From Octopus sinensis (lineage: Eukaryota): a DNA stretch of 64,000 nucleotides. The stretch is taken from contig NC_042998.1 in NCBI RefSeq assembly GCF_006345805.1, positions 171,988,001 through 172,052,000 on the forward strand, in the 5' to 3' direction. The notes under the pieces were generated by a model. It was given only the letters and a program-made list of their open reading frames with translations. It searched no databases and was not told the origin of the DNA. Positions 1-14,240 of this stretch are shown in pieces; within the stretch, counting starts at the first letter, position 1; every line of letters begins with the position of its first letter. Made by a program: the position numbers and the translations under genes.

Positions 1-640
1 TAGAGAACCCATTTCTCATCACCAGTTTTGGTCCAAAAAAAGGTTCATTCGTGAGACGCGACGACAAAGAAGAGCACACATTTACTCTCTGCATGCGATT
101 AGACTAGGAAAGTTTGTGAGTAACCCATTTGTTGATTTTTCCAATAGCACGCAGGTGTCGATGAATGGTTGAATGACCAAATCTAAGCTTCTCTGCTAGT
201 TCCTCAACAGTTACGATGGGATTTTGTTCCACCAGGGTTTGCAGGACGTCCTCGTCGTGCTCTACAGATCTTCCAGGACGAGGCTCGTGTTCTAGGTTGT
301 AGTTTCTGCCTCGGATTTTCTGGAACCACTGTTGACACTAGCTTACACTTATTGCCCAATCCCCATGTACTGCATTAATATTCCTCGCACTTTCCGCTTC
401 GTTGTTGCCTTTATTGAACTCATAAAGCAAAATATGCCGAATATGCTCCTTTGTCAATTCCATTATAGCTTTGAAAAAATAATCGAACTGCACTCTTCGA
501 AACATGCACTAAGAATAAGGATAAAGAAAAAGTATTACCTACTTTTATAGCAAGTTGATGCAGATAGTTTATCCCATTCCCCTCAGACTTTTAGCTCATG
601 CAATTGAAAAAAAATGCATTATTTATGAGATGACCCAATA
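1..640 (-). mobile_element. Mariner DNA transposon, 5' part (degenerate transposase plus one TIR), truncated by the window edge
   Basis: Minus-strand translation gives EHIRHILLYEFNKGNN...EPRPGRS...VTVEELAEKL...HSTIHRHL, KWVTHKLS (WVPHEL-like) and TGDEKWVL, with stops and frameshifts. A TIR-like end TATTGGGTCATCTCATAAATAATGC lies at about 616-640. Confidence 0.85.
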
Positions 641-897
641 TATATTCATGCCTATTATTCATTCCATAAGCAGCAAAGTTTGTAAAGATTTTGCTACAAT
701 CTCCCTATTTTTCCACAGTCGTTGAGCGTGTGCTATAACGCAGGTAGTGCGACGGAAAACAAATGTGTGACCTGATAACCTCAGTGAAAACGACAACACC
801 GGTCATCTATACGAGGGAAAATTAAGGTCTCATACACACATGAGTCCACCCACAGTGTGTGTCCCTTCATTGGTAGGGTGGTGTTATTGTTATCAAC

Positions 898-937
898 GAC
901 CCAGGCAATGCCGGAGTGCATTGATGTCGAAAATTGA

Positions 938-971
<34 letters not shown>

Positions 972-1023
972 CAATATGGCTGTAGGTCATAACACCCGGG
1001 CAATGCCGGGGTGCATTGCTAGT
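898..1023 (+). mobile_element. Helitron-like 3' terminus (hairpin followed by CTAG|T), with a degenerate upstream copy
   Basis: The hairpin CACCCGGGCAATGCCGGGGTG (993-1013) is followed by CTAG (1019-1022) and then T. A similar copy lies at 898-923. Confidence 0.55.
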
Positions 1024-1032
1024 GTGTGTATA

Positions 1033-1045
<13 letters not shown>

Positions 1046-1099
<54 letters not shown>

Positions 1100-1415
1100 A
1101 AAGAGAGTAAGGGAAGAGGTGGAGGAGGGGAAGGATAGAGAAAAAGTGAGAGAGACACACAGGCAGAGAGAGAAAGAAAGAGATAGATAGATAGCGGGAG
1201 AGAGTTACTGAGGAGATGGACGTGTAACAAAAGGCTATAGAATGATGGGGCTCCGTTTCCTGCTATGTTAAACTACCGTGTCGGTATAATTCTATCGATG
1301 GTGTATATAATTCTGACCAATATGGAATAGGGTTATTATGTTGTAACCAGAGTCATATATTACAAAATACAAACAGAAAACAAATTTTCGTTATTTCAGA
1401 AAGTTCATTTGTTTG

Positions 1416-1496
<81 letters not shown>

Positions 1497-1727
1497 CCTT
1501 GTGTTGTAAGTCTTGTACTCTATTTTTTCGTTGTTTAAGAAAAATGTCCATTTCCTTGGTTTTGTGTCTATGTTTTCGTTTCTCATTGTGTTCGACGTTT
1601 TTTTGGTGTCCTGTACCCATATATGCATGTATATATACATATAGATGTATGTACGTACATATATGTATGTACATATGCATATGATTTATTTATTAATTTG
1701 TTATTATATATATATATATATATATAG

Positions 1728-1761
<34 letters not shown>

Positions 1762-2378
1762 AAGAGAGTAAGGGAAGAGGTGGAGGAGGGGAAGGATAGA
1801 GAAAAAGTGAGAGAGACACACAGGCAGAGAGAGAAAGAAAGAGATAGATAGATAGCGGGAGAGAGTTACTGAGGAGATGGACGTGTAACAAAAGGCTATA
1901 GAATGATGGGGCTCCGTTTCCTGCTATGTTAAACTACCGTGTCGGTATAATTCTATCGATGGTGTATATAATTCTGACCAATATGGAATAGGGTATTATG
2001 TTGTAACCAGAGTCATATATTACAAAATACAAACAGAAAACAAATTTTCGTTATTTCAGAAAGTTCATTTGTTGATATATGTGTGTGGTGTGTGTGTGTG
2101 TGTGTTGTGTGTGTGTGTGTGTGGTGTGTGTGTGGTGTGTGTGTGTGTTCCTTGTGTTGTAAGTCTTGTACTCTATTTTTTCGTTGTTTAAGAAAAATGT
2201 CCATTTCCTTGGTTTTGTGTCTATGTTTTCGTTTCTCATTGTGTTCGACGTTTTTTTGGTGTCCTGTACCCATATATGCATGTATATATACATATAGATG
2301 TATGTACGTACATATATGTATGTACATATGCATATGATTTATTTATTAATTTGTTATTATATATATATATATATATAT
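1046..2378. repeat. Tandem duplication, two units of about 660 bp
   Basis: Near-identical unique segments are offset by 660-661 bp (e.g. AAGGCTATAG at 1231 and 1892). The units differ mainly in microsatellite lengths. Confidence 0.95.
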
Positions 2379-3877
2379 ACGTGTGTGTGTGTGTAAATGA
2401 GTGTACGAGTGTACGTGTGTGTGTGTGTGTGTGTGTGTGTTCGTGCGTACGTGATTGCGTGTGTGCGTACGTGTGCGAGCGCGAGTGTATGGTATGTTGT
2501 GGGGGCATGTGTGTGTATGAGTGTATAACTTTCTGTCCAGAATGACTCATACTAGGCAGAAATATAAATAACTTTCATGATATGGTCTTTCATGCTGCAA
2601 TACGACATTAGTTTCCCCTGAAGTATTTCTCGTCAGCAACTGGCGTATATTTTCGATAATCTATTAATAAGTTACAGTGAGTTGCTTCGAAGATCTTTGT
2701 TCACTTCACACTTTAGTTATCATCTGTTAAATGTTTCGCTGTAGTCTGCCGCTGTTGTGTTAATGGTGGCTTTCAATTAATTCACTCGATCTGCTTTGTT
2801 CTTAATTATTGAATCAGGAATTGCAGTACAGTATAACAATACATACAATGTCGAATGAACCAACAGCGAACCTTTACGTGGTTGTTGGAAATGCTAGTCA
2901 TAAAAGCTAATTCACTCTAAACCACTCTACTGCCATTGGATGTATTGTACTGAAAAGGAGACAAAATGGTCTTGGCTTCAATGCCTTTGAACATAGATCC
3001 GTTCAGTCAAGACTGACTTAGGGCTTTAACAACAAACACCTACAACGTTTAATGTCCAATGTCCAAAAGTAATAGTTTCAGTCATCGATCTGATAACACC
3101 AGGCCGATAAGCGTATGTATGTACATGTGTGTGTATGTCTGTAAGCTTATGTATATACACGTATGAGTCTGCGTGAATACGTGTGTCTGTGTGTGAATGT
3201 GTGTGTGTGTCCTTACTTCACAGGATGAACTTTTGCAGGGTTTTTCATATATAAAATTCCATTACCATATTAATTATCATTGTAGTTTGTGAACGATTTT
3301 TGTCTCTTTCGTGTGAATGAAGCCTAACTTTTGAAGATCGGTGTTAAGCCACACAGATGCACTCCCAAATGCACTACGGAGCAACAATGAAGCTTGTAAG
3401 CGGCCGCTAGACTTGTTATTAAAAAGCAGCCAGTTATCTTTCACGAATTAGACAATCGCATTTTAATAATAGAGTCAATGGATAATGTTGTCTTAGATAA
3501 ACTATGTCAAAAAAGGAAAAAGAAAAGAATAAAAGCATGATGATCACTGCTGGAATATCTTTTGTCATAAGGCGTTACAAGCTCGTTCGGAATTAACCTG
3601 TCGATAAACAACAGCGACAAGAGAAGACCAACAAGATGTACCGTTATCTCTGCAGGAGGAAATGTAAAGTCAATGAGAGGTGTAGAATGTTCTAACTTTC
3701 TCGTCAGTTGTGGCACAGCTGTTATAGCCACATCTGTTTGGCGCGGCTGAAAAGACACTGACTTATTTGACATCAGACGTTTTAATGTCTATTTCGTTTT
3801 AATGTTTTTTCTGTCTCCCTCTCTCTCCCTCTCACTTTATCTCTGTGTGTGTCTGCGTGTGTGCCTGCGCGCCCGCG

Positions 3878-3934
<57 letters not shown>

Positions 3935-4027
3935 ATATATATGTAGGTCCCGGGTTGATTCGGGGTTAACCACAGTAAATAAGGTACTCAATACATAGCA
4001 GAGTAAAATTAATTTATTATATAGAAG

Positions 4028-4080
4028 GAGCTTCTACAGGACTAGAACTGTTTCATTCAAGAGAAATCTTCAGGAAGCTC
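4028..4080 (-). ncRNA. Type I hammerhead ribozyme (HHR-A) in a ~140-bp element (3942-4080) between (TA)n tracts
   Basis: The reverse complement reads GAGCUUC-CUGAAGA-uUUCucuuGAAu-GAAA-CAGuucuagucCUG-UA-GAAGCUC: a 7-bp stem I, intact core, short stems II and III, and a GUA cleavage triplet. Confidence 0.8.
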
Positions 4081-4087
4081 ATATATA

Positions 4088-4138
<51 letters not shown>

Positions 4139-4191
4139 ACACACATATACACACGTACATACATACATACATACATACATACATACATACA

Positions 4192-4226
<35 letters not shown>

Positions 4227-4434
4227 GTATATATTTGAGTAATTGAATGAATTATCTTATTAAGGATAATTCGAAAGATAACCGATACCTGGGTAGCAAA
4301 TTCACATCAGAAAGAACACGGTTGAAGCTACGTCGCTAGGGCATAGACTACGTGTCTTCGTGCGGAAATGTGTATGTTTATTTTAAAATTATAAGTATAT
4401 GAAAGAATGGAGTTGAACGACTAGTTAACAAATA

Positions 4435-4531
4435 TCCTTTATTCTCGACATATGTTTCGAAGGCTGCATATTCCTAATTCCGAAGGAATAAGGAGTACAT
4501 TATGCAGATTTCTCTTCAGGAAAATCAAGGA
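4435..4531 (-). ncRNA. Type I hammerhead ribozyme (HHR-B) with long stem II and palindromic stem III, in element ~4234-4552
   Basis: The reverse complement reads UCCUUgaUUUUC-CUGAAGA-GAAauCUGCAUA...UAUGCAGccUUC-GAAA-CAUAUG-UC-GAGAAuaAAGGA. Confidence 0.8.
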
Positions 4532-4685
4532 AACTTATGTCGACATCAAAATATGTATACATATGTATATATATATATATATATATAGTTAATCCAAACA
4601 TGAACAAAGAGAAAACACAACAACGGGAGGACGTGGAACAAGTATAGTGTTATTGGACGCTCAGGAAAGGAAAGAAAGAAGGAGG

Positions 4686-4720
4686 ATTTAACGTTTCGAG
4701 CGAAGCTCTTCGTCAGAAAC
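4686..4720 (-). ncRNA. Minimal (dimer-type) hammerhead ribozyme (HHR-C) in element ~4587-4795
   Basis: The reverse complement reads GUUU-CUGACGA-a-GAGCuucGCUC-GAAA-CG-UU-AAAU. Stem III is reduced to the palindrome AACGUU. Confidence 0.7.
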
Positions 4721-5068
4721 ATAGAAAAAGGAAAGGTCCAAGGAAGGGAAGACGGAGAGAGAAAATTGCCAATGATACACACGCGGTCACTCACACACAC
4801 ATAAAGATATATAAAGAATTCCTGCTAGCTTGTTCTGACCACTCCTTTGCGAAGAAGTTAAGAGATAAATCGGCTTTTGATTAATTTTTTTGCAGTATTT
4901 AGGAATTTTCATTCTGAGTTCAAATGATATTATTACCCCACTATTACTCCACGGCTAATAAAAAAAAAGTACCATTCTTGTACTTGGTCAACTCATTTAT
5001 ATATATTCTTTCTCAAGATATCTTTGGCTTTTTAAAAGATAGATAGACGTTGAATATAAGAATTCAAC

Positions 5069-5142
<74 letters not shown>

Positions 5143-8100
5143 GATTCACACATATACACCAACACAAACGCATGCTATCTCTCTCTTTTCCTGGTATTCT
5201 ACAAACCTTGAAACTGTTGTTTGACGTCAGGCCAGTCTTGATTTAGCAGATTTATGCTAAATAGTGTTCCACCTGTGACCATCCCGACTTTTTGTGCATC
5301 AGTGACTATGTCATCAAAAGTGCCCAAAGTGTGCAACGTGCTCTTCATTTTCTTAAAATGTGGTTTGAGGTAGATTTGGCTACTACTTCTATTAAGTTGA
5401 GTGACAACGAAGAAATTATTTGTTTGTTTCTGTACTTTTTTTATCTAGAAAAGTTCGAGAACTTTCTACCCCCACAAATGTAAACATTTCAAATTTCACC
5501 GAATCGATTTCATCTAATTTTCTCGCCAATTCCCTTATCCACACCGTTTACCAATATCTCTTATTCTCTGAAATAATGTTGTACCTAAAAAAAAAAAATA
5601 AAAAAGAAAGAAAGAAAGATAGAAGGGAAAAGAAAGACTATTATTATTATTAGCTCAAGATTGTAATGAATGTTTGGTTGAAAGTTGCGTCGTGAAAAAC
5701 TATGAAACATATCCCTGCATAGTTTTAATTGCAATGAGACTGATCTTGTTGACATAGATTAACAACTGCTGTATTTCTGACAGTCCACAACCTCAAGCTG
5801 TTTTAACTTTGCTCCTGTAATGAAGACATTGAAGAAACGATGTCAATTAACGTTGTAATAGAGCCGTTGTTTAGATCAACAAAATGTCTGTGCGATAGCA
5901 TTCTTTAAGAAAAACTTTAGAAATGCCAATATTGAATCTGATAACTCTATTCTCATTGTACTGTTTCATGGGGTATACAATATTTGAAGGTAGCACACTA
6001 GAATTACGTGTCTAATTGAACAACAGTTGCATTGTAAGTTAGTGAGAAGAGAGTTGCTTTATAACGGCAGTTTGTTTATTTTATTGATAACATCGTGAAG
6101 TGTTGGAAAGAAATAAGATAAGGTGATATTTTGTGCTCTTTAGGATATTCAATTGCCTTGGTATGATATTACTGATATTGACTGAAAAGCTCTCATCAAA
6201 CATTACTCGTCATTTGTAGAGGAGTACTTTTAGCAGAGATTTGTAGCTACTCGAGTCGATAAGATATCGGACTGCCTTCTGAACTATGGACGGTACGTGC
6301 CTTGTTGCTATAGTTCTCCTTTGTCTATGGTAAACTCAACAGGTTGTTCCGAGCCACAGTTATGTACCATTGAGTGAGTACTGTAGTCTACTTTAAAGGC
6401 TAGGAACTTCTTAATATTGACCTCTTATTTAGGTGCAAATTTGAAATATGGATGTTATAATCACTTAAATGAAACTAATCTCTTTCACTTTACTGCTTTC
6501 AACAGTCAGTAAAATATCTTTTGATTTCTCTCGTATCGAGAGAAACAAATTGTATTCATCCGAAGCACCAGGTTCACGACCAGGTTTCAATTCTCGGTTG
6601 TCTCTGTATAATTTTTCAGTGACTTCTTATGGCCTTCGAAACAACAAATATCAGTTGGGAAAGGTGTGGATTCACATATACCTTTAGTTTGAAAGCAATA
6701 AAACGAAATACTCATTGTTGGACATCTAATAGTGAGAGACTTGACATCTATATCTGAATTTTATATATGTAAAATAAATAGGTCATAGGTGTTATTATTT
6801 CAATTTGAATATTGATTCTTTGTAAGTAGACATAAGGTTATTATCGACACAGCGCAAAAACAATATAATTAAGAAAGGCGACAGAAAGAGTACAATGAAA
6901 ATATCGTAGAAAGTGAAATATCCAACATTTTGAAAAGCGTTCTTCTTCAAGGTAAAGTTGACAAGGGGGAAATAAAAGAAACACAGCAGAATTTGTGTAT
7001 GAGAATCTGGTTGCAAAATTTATTGCAAAAGTATCAACGGTACATGCCCTGTGGCTATCGGACATGTATTTCTAGAGACGAAAATCCAAAATCAATATTT
7101 GGAAGATTTGAAGTCAGAACAGGGAAGTGCAGAACTCGTTATGAAAAAGCAGTAAACACAACATTGATTAATGCTCTGTATCACGACAATTTTCAAATAC
7201 ATACTACATAGGATTGAGGTGATATGGGATATGCAGGCTAGTAACGAAGGATATCGGCATTTACAATTATTTTTCATTACATATCTATACTTATACGATG
7301 TCAATTGTCAAGTCATTTTCTTGGATGCAGGGTAAAAGTGATCCAATCGGCCTCAGTATTTAAAAGGCACTTTCTTTTCTTGACTCGGAGAGAACAAAAG
7401 GCAGAGTCAATTGGGATGGTATTTGGACTCAAAACGTCCAATTTTAATTTTCATTCCTTTAAAGGGAAGTGAGTTGATAGAATAAGTATTAGAAACATAT
7501 GTGGTCGATTATATCAATAAATGTTATTTCCTTGCAAAATTAGACCTTCTATAGAGTCGAAAGGAATACTTGTAAGGTAGAGCAATACAATGGAGAAATA
7601 TCAAAAGTTAGAGAATCAAACCAAGTGCCTGGTGGTATTTAATCACGTTCCTTTACATTCTGTGTTTAAATACCATGGAGGTCAATTTTATCCCTCTGGA
7701 AGTACCAGTTAAATACTGAGATTAATTCAATAAACTCCAGAACTTGTGGCCTTTATCTGAAGTTAGAAATTTTTATTAGAATAAGGAAGTTTGTTAAACA
7801 CACTGGGTCAAACATCATATGTTTAACACCGACAGCAGTATTTGGCCTTGCTTGAGTTTATTAATTCATACAATCACTACAGTTATATGAATTCACAGTA
7901 GTGTGATAAATTTCTTTAAAATGATGCAGCAATCAGCTGGAATTTGATTTACTCAGAATAATTGCATCCATTAATCTCATTTTTAGAAGTTATAGGTAAA
8001 TTCTGTTAGTGTGTACTTCCTAAAATGATATATCCAATGTAAAAATTCCACTTACTTAGCTGCAAAGCTATGGTAAATGACTTGGAACATGCATACATTC

Positions 8101-9929
8101 ACTTTTATATATTAAGATGAATATGATAAAAATTAATAGTGAAATAATGTTAGAAATAATTGTTGAATTTTTCCGTTTTTCGGTTAGAGAAGGAAGTGCA
8201 CCGCCTATAACTTCTTTCAGGGCCTCTGTGACTCGTGATGTGGAGGAGAAGAAAGTAATCAACAGTCAGGAGAACTAACTGGAATGTTTGCAACAGTACA
8301 AACTTCGTTAAAGCCAAGCAAAGGCTAAGTAGCTGCGTTAAACTGGGTGACGGATTAAATTAGAAATTAGAAACAGACCCTCTGACTCGCTTCATATTTA
8401 ACTCACCATGCTTTGATCAATCTGAGGTTATGGTAGAAAACATTCGATAACTATGACGAATACACTTAGTTACGAAGCAAAGTTCTTGACCACACAGCCA
8501 TATGCTAACGCCCATGTCTCAAGCTGAGTTGTTGCATTTCAGAGTTCAATATATTTGCTAATAATGTACCAGGGTAATAGAAAATACTAAGCATAATTCC
8601 TTCAACAACCCATCCTTATGCTTTGGTAAAAAAAGCATTAAGTACAAAATGCGTAGATGTATTACTAGGATTGGTTGGTTGGTGCATGTTTTCGTTGACA
8701 CGAACCAGTTCATTGAGCACAAACATATCAACATATATCTCTGTTTTTAGAATGCACTTTGACCATCGAACCATCGATGCAACACTCCACAAATTTTATT
8801 TTTATCTTATAAAAATTTACAAAATTTCTTTTCTCTTCGTAAGAAAACATGATTTTAAGGATTGTTGTTTAGCTCAGTCTTTTCCTATTTTGCATATTCA
8901 ACCCATCACACTGCACTAAGTCTCTTGAGACTGTTTACATCTCTCGAATATGTTTTCTTCACATTCAGGCTGCTCAAACAGGAAAAAAAACAGTAAAAAG
9001 AAAAAAAGAATGGTTTACATCCTGTAGGGACTTTCTACAGTTAAAGGAAAGCTTAAAAAGATTTGAAAGACTTTTTAGTTAAGAGTTTCGCACTCCACTG
9101 TTTTTAACACTGCACTGTCTTGATGATGATGATGATGATGATGACGACGACGACGATGATGATGGTGGTGGTGGTGGTGACAACGACGATGATTGATAAT
9201 GGGGAAAGGATTGATGAGTTGGTCTCAGAAAACTCGATTTCTTCTAAAATTTGTTTCTAACATTATTTAAAATAATTAGATTTCACACTTATTTAGGAAA
9301 CAGAATTTTTGAAGTCCGTCTGAAAATTAAATCTTCAAGTATTCATTCAGTGGAGCATTCATTAATGTGTGAGTTCTCTGTGTTTTTTTTGGCGGATTTA
9401 TGGGAATATTTACGAATAAAACATCCATGAAGAACAGTAAAACACCGTAGAAATATTGTTACACAAATAGAAAACAATAACTGTGATACGGTTGTAAGGA
9501 ATTCAGGTTATTTAATGCTCTGAGTAAGACATGAACTTCACAAAATTTCCCTTTCCCTATCATAAGTACAATAGATTTGCATTTAAGAAATCAGTAAGCG
9601 TCAATATGCTACTATTGTGTAATTCAGGTCAACTATACGACGAGCAGCGATTCACAGACTTATTAACTGAAATATATAATGATTCCTGTTGAGGTTCACA
9701 TTGCACACTGTAACGTGTAGTGGTGCATCACTTCAAGTGGATGAGTAATATGGAAAACTGTTTCTCGATTGTATGTTCTACATGTAAGTCTGATCTGTTG
9801 TAAAAGCAAGGTATTGAACCGTTGTTGATGTGGTTCTTCACAAAGTTATGTATCACATATGTTATAAAAGTGAAAAATTGACCAAAATCAGTATTGAGAG
9901 GCCCACAGTATAAAAGTAATCAAACCTGT

Positions 9930-10248
9930 TACAGACGGGGTACCCAAAAGTAACCGGAAACGTTTTCTGTTGGGCAAGCTAGTTGTGGTTCATGAATTCC
10001 TCCACTAGAAGCCACTTGATGCGACCCTCAGGCATCACTCTGCAGACCGGTGTCATCGATTGAAGTCATTCTGTCACGTTATCTGAAGTTAGAGTTCCAG
10101 GACCGCTTCGAATAGTGGAAATCTCGTCTGGACCAATGCATCGCTTCAAATGGAGAATACTTTGAAGGCGATAAAAGTGTAAGCATGTAAAAGTAAGTGA
10201 ATGAAATAAGATTGCAAAATTCCGGTTTCCTTTGGGTACCCCCACGTA
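9930..10248 (+). mobile_element. Internally deleted mariner (MITE-like)
   Basis: TIRs GGGGTACCCAAAAGTAACCGGAA and TTCCGGTTTCCTTTGGGTACCCC have TA at the outer ends. The interior keeps the mariner C-terminus WKSRLDQCIASNGEYFEGDK. Confidence 0.8.
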
Positions 10249-11970
10249 TGTCTACCGTGAGAAAGTGGCTACGCCGGAATCGAGTAGACAACTACCGTCT
10301 AGAACTATTAGCTTTTCTTTTAAAAATATTAGTGTGTTTTTGAGAGATTTTATTACTGTTGTTTCTTGGTGTTTGCAAAATGTGGTGCGTATAAGAGATC
10401 TAAGTGAATTGTGTATAATTTTGATTCTTTATCATGTTTCCCCATGTGGTGTGATTTTTTTTAGAGGTAGGTGTTGCAATTAATTTCTGCAATGTCTATT
10501 TTCAGAGTATATTAATATCATTGAATGTGATGGTTGGTTTTAATCGATGTTCTCTAAGACTGCTGATAAAAAGGAAGGAGGTGAAATTAATGATGCTACG
10601 TTCAGTATACTATATATTAGGATACCGGCTTAGGTATTGTTGAAGTAGTTGTGCATAAGTGAAATGACATGAATACGATACCGCCTGCGTATGATGCTCT
10701 GTGTATGTTTTATGTCAGAAAGTAGTGTTGGTATATCATTAAAATGAATGTGTGTGAAAGGATAGATGCTGGTGGTACCTCGTTCAGCAAATTGAAGTTT
10801 CTAGATGAATTGTTGATATATACCACTTAAGTTTGATAACAAGTTCGCTAGCAACTGTTTTGTGCTGTTGCTTTTTGTTTTTTTTAAGTGTGTCTATTAT
10901 TTTAAAACTAAGTGTCCATTATTTTGTTTATAAGTGTGTAAGAGGGGAATGGAGCTAAAAGCTGAGATGATATAGGTAGTAATTAGCATGGTGTGCATAT
11001 GTTTGTAGTTTCATTTTTTATTATGGAAAACATCTCGTGAATACTTTGTTGAACGTTTGGATGTAGTGAAGTGGTTGAGTGTAATGGTTTAAATCTATGA
11101 CGCTGCCAGTTGGATAAAAGGAATATGCAGGTTACTGACATGAAGTATAACATTTCCAAGGATGTTTATAGAATGAAGGTTCTGCGCAATGCTGTTTCGA
11201 CTTGGATTTTATGTTGCGAAGGAGTCCCGACACGATAAATCGACCAGCTAGAATTCGTAGCCAAATATCCCTTGACTATAAGTCAAGTCTTAAAAATAGG
11301 AATATATACTGAATGATGCAGTTTTGGATGCAGGATGTCAGATAAAAAGACAATATGATGACTACAGCTGGAGTGATGTTCAAATTATGCAAGTTATCGG
11401 ATACATTTTCTATGTTTTACATTTAAATCCTACTATGGCCAGCTCTACGTTTTATAGACAGAATTACAAGTAGTGATATACATCGGTTTGCTCCTTTTGA
11501 AGTTGCAGGAGATTGTTGTTTTGTTGTTCGTGATGAGAACACTTGGCACGGACGAAAAGCAACATTATCATATGACTATTGAAGTCGTTAACCTGGAGAG
11601 CGGCATGATGTGACTCTTACATATCTACATAGTCCGGTACGAATGAAGAAACCAACAAGAAAGGCCATCATTTTAAAATGAATTTTTATTTGTTTTACTT
11701 TAGGCATGTATCTGTTGCTAAGAAAACTAGAGTAAGGGAAGAAGAGAGAAAGAGAGAAAGAGAAAGAGAATGCGAGGGAGAGAGAGAGGAAAGAAAGGGG
11801 GGAAGAGTGTATTTGTGTGTGTTGTGCGTGTGTATTTGTTGTGTTTGTAGTGTGTGCTTTGTGTGTGTGAGCGCGCGCATATCTGTGTGTATGTATGAAT
11901 GTGTAAGTCTTTGTATGTTTGTGTGAGTGTACGTCTGTGTGTGTATGTGTGTGTGTTTGTGTGCGTGCGT

Positions 11971-12015
<45 letters not shown>

Positions 12016-13749
12016 GTTTTAACATTTATTTCAGAGGCCACTTTGATGTGAATGAAAATATGCCGGGAATGTTCGGATCATTACACCTCTAAAGGTGTCT
12101 GTGTTTGTGTGAATGTATGAAGGAATAAAGGAATACAGATTTAATGGCAGTTACTAATATTACACATGTCTCACACGTCGACCATTCGACCCACAGACTT
12201 ACGCACTGTTTCATCATTTTATTTTGCCTTAAGGATATAGAGAGAAAGAGAAAGAAGAGACTCTTTACACAAAATACTAAATAGCAATGTACAGCTGCAG
12301 GATTGTACATGCATTAAAAGATATATCATGTATATAATGAATTTTTTTATATATACATAGCCACTAGGCCTTGAATTTTGATTAGAAAATACAACTAAAT
12401 CGTTTATACTTTCATGGCAACGAAAGTGAATTGAAACCAATTTTAGCTTTCTGGTTGCTTTGCTTCTGCTATAAAACAATACAATATATTAGCATCCATA
12501 GTCATTCGAATTGTTAGATATAAGCACCAAACTTCCCTTAAATTACACGCCAGCGTCTTATGAGTGAAGGGCACTTTGGATAACATAGTCCAGATACACA
12601 ATACTGTGTGTTGTGTTTACACTACTGTGTATACACTCACTATACTGTTTAGTTCTGAGACTTGATACACTGAGCATAAAAAACAGAGGAGATGCTCACG
12701 ACCGGAATGCTTTTGGTAATAGGTCCCAAACAAATTCCATATTCTCAGGGCTGAAATTTATCCTAATGAGATCCAAATTACCTGTTATCTTTCCAGAGTT
12801 TATGCACTAAGCACCAGTGGCCTACTAGAGTCGGTTGACTCGACAGTGTCTTTCCTTCAAGACAAGCGATCAAAAGTTAAAATTAGAAATATTTATATGT
12901 AATTTAATTGTATTATAATACTGATTAAAATATTTTTGATTGTTCAATTTGGAATATAATTTTCTTATCGTTGTATTTCAGTACAATTTAAGGAATCAAT
13001 GGATTGGACTAAAATCCTTTGCCCACTGGTTCATCTATAATACATTAAAAATGAGCTTGAATCTTGCTTGCTTGCTTCACTATTACCCAGCCAAACTGGC
13101 GCATAATGGGGGAAATAATTTCCCTGAAATGTGAATACGAACAGAATAAAGCAAGTTTCGCGTAAATCGGACAACTGGTTATTAAGATATTAGGGGTTTT
13201 CGGGTATAAATACACAAAACGGTGCATAATGGGAAAATTCTCCGAAAATAACTTAACCCTGAAAAAGTAGAAACTCTTACTTTTCGATTAGACACAGTGA
13301 CTTGACAACGAAAAAAAATACGATTTGTTTTTTTACAGTAAATATTTCTATTTTCGGTTTTGTTTAACACAATATTTTAATCATTTAGAAATATTTTAGC
13401 TTTCTTTAAATAGACATATTAATATTTTTTAACATTATTTTCAAGTGAATACCATTACAAAAATTTAATTTTCTTCAAGTTGTCTAACGACCGAAGAAAG
13501 TATTATTTGGACGTAAACAGTATTATGTCATCTCTCTAATAAAAAGGGAAGGGGTAAATAATTTCGTTTTAGTGTGGATCTGTTATTTATCAGTTTGAGA
13601 ACCACCGAGTTAACACATAATCTCGTCTTCACCTGTGCATAACTAGCACCCTTATCAAGAAAGCAGGTCTATCAGTCATGAACATATTATTCTGTGACCC
13701 ACGTGAATTCATATAATATTTAGAGGCAACTGATGAAGCATAGCTACCT

Positions 13750-14240
13750 CTTTCCCACCACTACCGAAATACTCAACTTCAAAACCATGTGTAAATCTCA
13801 TGAAAAGAACAAAAGCGAATCGATCAGAGAATTATCTCTTTTACACCAACATTGATCAACTTCGGTTTAATCTTGATACTACCCGATACCCCCTGTTATA
13901 GAAGACAGATTTTTCTCATCATAAAATTTCTTCTGCTATATCTCTATTCTACCTCTATCGTCCTATTTATAATGTAACTTCCTTCTGGAATGAGATATTT
14001 GATGTTAATTCACATTTCCTATAATTTGTCTCTGTCAGCAATAGCAATTAACTTTATTGAAAAGCTTTCTGTTTCATTTCTCTAAACATATCTATCGACC
14101 CTATCACTCTTTCTAACTCATCCATCAGCCAGTAGTTGTTTGATCATCTATTGTATTTAAGGAATCTCTATAGATTCACCTATCTCTCTAAAGATATCCT
14201 TGGCGACTTCAATGCCCACAACTCCTCTACAAACCAAAAC
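13750..14240 (+). mobile_element. Degenerate LINE AP-endonuclease fragment
   Basis: LGDFNAHNS motif at about 14199-14225 and an upstream LYRP-like motif; otherwise heavily decayed. Confidence 0.45.

Noticed and set aside
2596-2642. CUGACGA...GAAAC...GUC hammerhead-like boxes on the minus strand
   Set aside because: Stem I does not pair and stem II needs a bulge next to the core; likely chance.
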